From assembly GCA_038042445.1 (NCBI GenBank), contig JBBTED010000018.1, positions 24,081-88,080 of the forward strand: DNA of 64,000 bases, written 5' to 3'. Below, one piece after another: positions 58,326 through 64,000 of this stretch; the stretch's first letter is position 1, and each line of letters starts with the position of its first letter. The notes beneath the pieces are model-generated. The model was not told the origin of the DNA. It worked only from the letters and a program-made list of their open reading frames with translations, and searched no databases. The position numbers were made by a program, and so were the translations under genes. Source of the DNA: Candidatus Firestoneibacteriota bacterium. GTDB lineage: Bacteria > Oederibacteriota > D2-FULL-39-29 > JBBTED01.

Positions 58326-58490
58326 TAACAATGTTGATAATTCCCTTTTGCATATATAATATTTTGCTCAAAATCTAATAAAAGTCCAATACTTTTTCTG
58401 CCATCTTTGAAATCTAGAAATTTGTTGTAAAATATTTGAGATTTGATACAATAGCTACCAGAGTAATATCATAAAATAAATACAAAAAAG

Positions 58491-60541
<2,051 letters not shown>

Positions 60542-60547
60542 ATCCTG

Positions 60548-61252
60548 ATGAAAGCAAGTTTAATGATTTTAGTATTGATTTTTTATTGTGCGTTTGGAAA
60601 TACTGCTTTTGTTTATCCTATAAATGTCATAGTTTTAGATGCCGGGCATGGCGGAGATGATATTGGCGTAATAGGAATAAATGGAACAAAAGAAAAAGAT
60701 GTAACTTTAAAATTTGCATTGGCTATCAAAAAAAATTTTGAAAATATGCCAGAAACTAAATTAATATTAACACGTGATTCAGATATAAATTTAAATAGTC
60801 GTGATAGAATAGTTATGGCAAATATGAATAGCGGTAATATTTTTGTAAGTTTGCATGCAAATGCTTCATTTTCCAAGTTGTATTCAGGATGTGAAATATA
60901 TCACAATGCTTTTGTTTTATCTGGAAATGAGACCGAAGGGAATACTGGAAGTAAAAATTTGCCGGGAGGTTTTGTTTTCTGGAAATCAGCTCAAAATAAA
61001 TTTGTTGATGATAGTGCCGTATTTGCAAAAAAAATATTAGATGAACTTAATTCTGAATTTGCTGTGCAAGGAGAAACAGGCATAGTTAAAAATATCAGAG
61101 ATATTCCACTTGCTGTATTACAGGGTTTAAAAATGACGGCTGTAGTTATTGAAATTGGTTATATTGACAATTCTGTTGATGAAGCTAAGCTTGCAGACGA
61201 AAATTTTATAAACAAATTTGCATCAGCGATTACACGAGCTGTATCACATTGA
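60548..61252 (+). CDS. N-acetylmuramoyl-L-alanine amidase (Amidase_3 family).
   Basis: It has VIVLDAGHGGDD, FVSLHANA and a signal peptide. Confidence 0.75.
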   Translation: MKASLMILVLIFYCAFGNTAFVYPINVIVLDAGHGGDDIGVIGINGTKEKDVTLKFALAIKKNFENMPETKLILTRDSDINLNSRDRIVMANMNSGNIFVSLHANASFSKLYSGCEIYHNAFVLSGNETEGNTGSKNLPGGFVFWKSAQNKFVDDSAVFAKKILDELNSEFAVQGETGIVKNIRDIPLAVLQGLKMTAVVIEIGYIDNSVDEAKLADENFINKFASAITRAVSH

Positions 61253-61276
61253 AATAAAATATGATTTTGTATAAAA

Positions 61277-61363
61277 GGTAGTCGCAGGCTTTAGCCTGCG
61301 GATTCTGTTAGGGATGAAAAAATACTAATAGATAAGAACGCAGGCTAAAACCTGCGACTACCA
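61277..61363. repeat. Two inverted copies of the CCGCAGGCT..AGCCTGCGACTACCA palindromic element flanking a ~36-bp spacer. The structure is MITE/REP-like.
   Basis: The left copy (61277-61301) is the reverse complement of the right copy (61338-61363). Both match the copy at 29590-29615. Confidence 0.65.
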
Positions 61364-61390
61364 AAACTAAAGAATTTTAACAATATTGAA

Positions 61391-61990
61391 GTGAAATCGG
61401 AGGCAACGGTAATTATGAATAAAAAAAACATTATCAAAATACTAATACTTATCGTATTACTTGGTTTTTTTGGATATATAATAAAAAGAATTATAGTACC
61501 TGATTCAACAGGTGTAATTCCACCTGTAATTACAGGAAAAGAAGAGCTTATTCCGGTAAATTTATATTTTGCTTCTTTAGATGAAAATTATTTGATTCCG
61601 GAAGAGAGGAATATTTATAAAACCGAAAGTATAAATGATCGTGCAAAACAGGCAATAATTGAACTTATTAAGGGACCAGTAACTCCTAATTTGTCAGTGA
61701 CTATTTCTAAAGGAACATATTTGAGAGAACTTTATATAGATGCCCAAAAAATTGCTTATGCTGATTTTTCAAAAGAATTGAAAGAAGGTCATCCAGGTGG
61801 AACATCTGCTGAAATCATTACAATTTACTCTATTGTGAATACATTAGCAAAAAATTTTCCTTTGGATATATCTAAGGTTCAAATACTAATAGAAGGTAAT
61901 CCTGTAGAGACTTTAGTTGGGCATTTAGATTTAAGTTCGCCATTGGGTTTAAATGATTCATTGATAAAGGAATCAAAAGAGGTAAAATAA
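61391..61990 (+). CDS. GerMN-domain lipoprotein-like protein.
   Basis: It has a signal/TM and the pattern NLYFASLDENYLIPEER...AIIELIKGP. Confidence 0.6.
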   Translation: MKSEATVIMNKKNIIKILILIVLLGFFGYIIKRIIVPDSTGVIPPVITGKEELIPVNLYFASLDENYLIPEERNIYKTESINDRAKQAIIELIKGPVTPNLSVTISKGTYLRELYIDAQKIAYADFSKELKEGHPGGTSAEIITIYSIVNTLAKNFPLDISKVQILIEGNPVETLVGHLDLSSPLGLNDSLIKESKEVK

Positions 61991-61994
61991 TTTT

Positions 61995-62783
61995 ATGTGT
62001 ATTGGTATATTTGATTCAGGGCTTGGCGGTTTGACTGTGGCAAAGGAGATATTTAAGAATTTGCCATACGAAAGAATTGTTTATTTGGGAGATACTGCTC
62101 ATTTACCTTATGGTTCAAAATCTAAAGAAATTATTACAATGTTATCTGTTAGAAACGTTGAATTTCTGCTTAAATCTAATGTAAAAGTCATAGTAATTGC
62201 CTGTAATACTGCATCGAGTTTAAGCTACAATTCACTTAAGAAAAAATTTGATTTGCCGATAATAAATGTTATATATCCCGGTGCAAAAGCAGCTGTTCTT
62301 GCTACAAAAAATAAAAAAATAGGAATTATCGGAACACTGGCTACAATTGGCAGTGGTTCTTATGAAAAAGCAATACGTAGTATTTCTTCGGATATTAAAG
62401 TTTATTCTAAAGCCTGTCCTTTGTTTGTACCGCTTGTGGAAGAAGGGAAATTACAAGATGAGATTACACGTTTTGTTGTGAGAGATTATCTTTTGCCATT
62501 TAAAAAATTTGGAATGGATGTTTTGATTTTGGGGTGTACTCATTATCCATTGTTGAAATCTATGATACAAGAGGTAATGGGGAAGGATGTTAAATTGATA
62601 GATTCTGCAAGTGAAGTATCTTTGGAAGTAAAACGTGTATTAACACAGAAAAATTTGCTTCAAAAGAACAAGAAGAATAAAACCCATAAATTTTTCGTTA
62701 CAGATTTTCCACAGCAGTTTGAAAAACTCGGAAAAATATTTCTGGGCAGTAAATCTTTTAATGTGAAAAAAGTTGAAATATAA
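61995..62783 (+). CDS. murI: Glutamate racemase.
   Basis: It has IGIFDSGLGGLTV and ACNTAS. Confidence 0.85.
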   Translation: MCIGIFDSGLGGLTVAKEIFKNLPYERIVYLGDTAHLPYGSKSKEIITMLSVRNVEFLLKSNVKVIVIACNTASSLSYNSLKKKFDLPIINVIYPGAKAAVLATKNKKIGIIGTLATIGSGSYEKAIRSISSDIKVYSKACPLFVPLVEEGKLQDEITRFVVRDYLLPFKKFGMDVLILGCTHYPLLKSMIQEVMGKDVKLIDSASEVSLEVKRVLTQKNLLQKNKKNKTHKFFVTDFPQQFEKLGKIFLGSKSFNVKKVEI

Positions 62784-63625
62784 TGCGTAAAATTTTTGCT
62801 AAAGATATAACGTCTGTAGTTGCTGCGTTGTGTATTAAATCAAACTATGAGATGCGAAGTGATTTGCAAAAAGCATTAAAAAATGCTTTTAATTCTGAAA
62901 AAAATAAATTATCCAAGGAAATCCTATCAAAACTTCTTGAAAATGAACAGATTGCTTATAATGAAAAAATACCAATGTGTCAGGATACTGGAATGGTTAT
63001 TGTTTTTTTGGAATTGGGACAAGATGTTCATATTTGTAATGGTAATTTATATGATGCAATTAATGATGGAGTACGGAAGGGTTATAAAAATGGTTATTTG
63101 AGAAAATCAGTAGTATCAGATCCTATATTGCGAAAAAATACAAATGATAATACTCCTGCAGTTATTTATACGGAAATTGTTCCCGGGAATAAACTTAAAA
63201 TAACAGTAATGCCAAAGGGATTTGGAAGTGAAAATAAAAGTAGTGTTAAAATGTTAATTCCATCAGATGGTGTGGAAGGTATAGAAAAATTTGTTTTAGA
63301 AACTGTCCGAAATGCAGGTCCTGATTCATGTCCTCCTTATGTAGTTGGTGTTGGAATAGGAGGAACAATGGAAAAGGCAGGTTTTTTATCCAAAAAAGCA
63401 CTTTTAAGAAAACTTGGTGGATTTAATAAATTATCACATATTGCAAAGTTGGAGAAAAAGCTTTTAAAAGAAATAAATAAACTTAAAATTGGTGTGCAGG
63501 GATTTGGAGGTAAAATCACTGCTTTAGCTGTTAATGTAGAAGTTTATCCTACACATATTGCAGGTTTGCCAGTTGCAGTTACACTTTCCTGCCATGCTTT
63601 TCGTCATGAGGAAATTATAATATGA
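62783..63625 (+). CDS. Class I (Fe-S) fumarate hydratase / tartrate dehydratase-type hydro-lyase, alpha subunit.
   Basis: It has CQDTGM and the conserved alpha-subunit blocks. Confidence 0.75.
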   Translation: MRKIFAKDITSVVAALCIKSNYEMRSDLQKALKNAFNSEKNKLSKEILSKLLENEQIAYNEKIPMCQDTGMVIVFLELGQDVHICNGNLYDAINDGVRKGYKNGYLRKSVVSDPILRKNTNDNTPAVIYTEIVPGNKLKITVMPKGFGSENKSSVKMLIPSDGVEGIEKFVLETVRNAGPDSCPPYVVGVGIGGTMEKAGFLSKKALLRKLGGFNKLSHIAKLEKKLLKEINKLKIGVQGFGGKITALAVNVEVYPTHIAGLPVAVTLSCHAFRHEEIII

Positions 63626-64000
63626 AAATATCAACTCCATTAACCGCAAAAAATATTTCATATTTGAATAAAGGGGATAAAGTTTTAATAACCGGATATA
63701 TTTATGTAGGTCGTGATGCAGTTCATAAAAAATTTTCAGAAATAATTGCTGCTGGTAAAAATATTCCAGTTTCACTTGAAGGGCAAATAATTTATTATAT
63801 GGGGCCTACTCCTGCGAAACCGGGCAAAATAATAGGTTCTGCAGGTCCAACTACAAGTAGTAGAATGGATAAACATACGCCAAGTTTATTAAAACTTGGG
63901 CTTAAAGGTATGATAGGTAAAGGCAATAGATCAGTTGAAGTTGTCAGGTCAATACAAAAACATAAAGCAATTTATTTTGTAACTATAAGTGGTGCAGGTG
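63622..64000 (+). CDS. Class I fumarate hydratase beta subunit (3'-truncated by the window end).
   Basis: The open frame [38 protein letters not shown]...GMIGKG runs to the window edge. Its start overlaps the alpha-subunit stop (ATGA). Confidence 0.65.
   Translation, partial: MKISTPLTAKNISYLNKGDKVLITGYIYVGRDAVHKKFSEIIAAGKNIPVSLEGQIIYYMGPTPAKPGKIIGSAGPTTSSRMDKHTPSLLKLGLKGMIGKGNRSVEVVRSIQKHKAIYFVTISGAG

Overview
This is an AT-rich (roughly 30% GC), very gene-dense bacterial window. Almost all genes lie on the + strand, and the genome looks streamlined, possibly from an FCB-group-like or candidate-phylum organism. The contents, in order from start to end, are as follows. (1) A tandem array of at least five paralogous multi-pass membrane protein genes, with a GT-C/ArnT-PMT-like topology, a 5'-truncated copy at the window edge, and a 70-bp 3' remnant. 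(2) An MNT/HEPN toxin-antitoxin cassette in which the HEPN gene is frameshifted. (3) An envelope-modification cluster: two B12-binding radical SAM enzymes, a SAM methyltransferase, a 1343-aa YfhO-like membrane protein and two further polytopic membrane proteins. (4) A mannose-family PTS operon (EIIA-Ntr-like, EIIA/B/C/D-Man, HPr, EI) with a cytoplasmic GH57 glucanotransferase embedded in it, followed by PGI/PMI, a WecB/TagA glycosyltransferase, metK and ahcY. (5) Two orphan ABC sugar permeases. (6) A GAF-histidine kinase plus an NtrC-type sigma54 activator, then a tandem palindromic UAS and a perfect-consensus sigma54 promoter, driving a FadL/PorV-like outer-membrane protein with a coiled coil and LysM, and a 1.9-kaa FN3-repeat surface protein ending in a T9SS type-B-like C-terminal domain. 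(7) A second signalling module: a cytoplasmic coiled-coil histidine kinase, a REC-TM-beta-propeller response regulator, and a Zn-ribbon-TM-TPR-FGE-domain protein. (8) Housekeeping genes (DmpG-like aldolase-like, GT2, UbiE-like MT, typA, DEAD-box helicase, ABC-2 exporter, M50 protease, anSME-like radical SAM, purA, amidase, GerMN, murI, class I fumarase) and four tRNAs (Ala; His-Arg-Pro cluster). Next to the tRNA-His gene are two tandem copies of a 129-bp unit that re-uses its 3' end. No CRISPR, IS or integrase is visible. The most interesting non-coding signals are the UAS/sigma54 promoter architecture, a small dispersed palindromic (REP-like) repeat family, and recurring C5/G5 hairpins, one of them in-frame inside a CDS.
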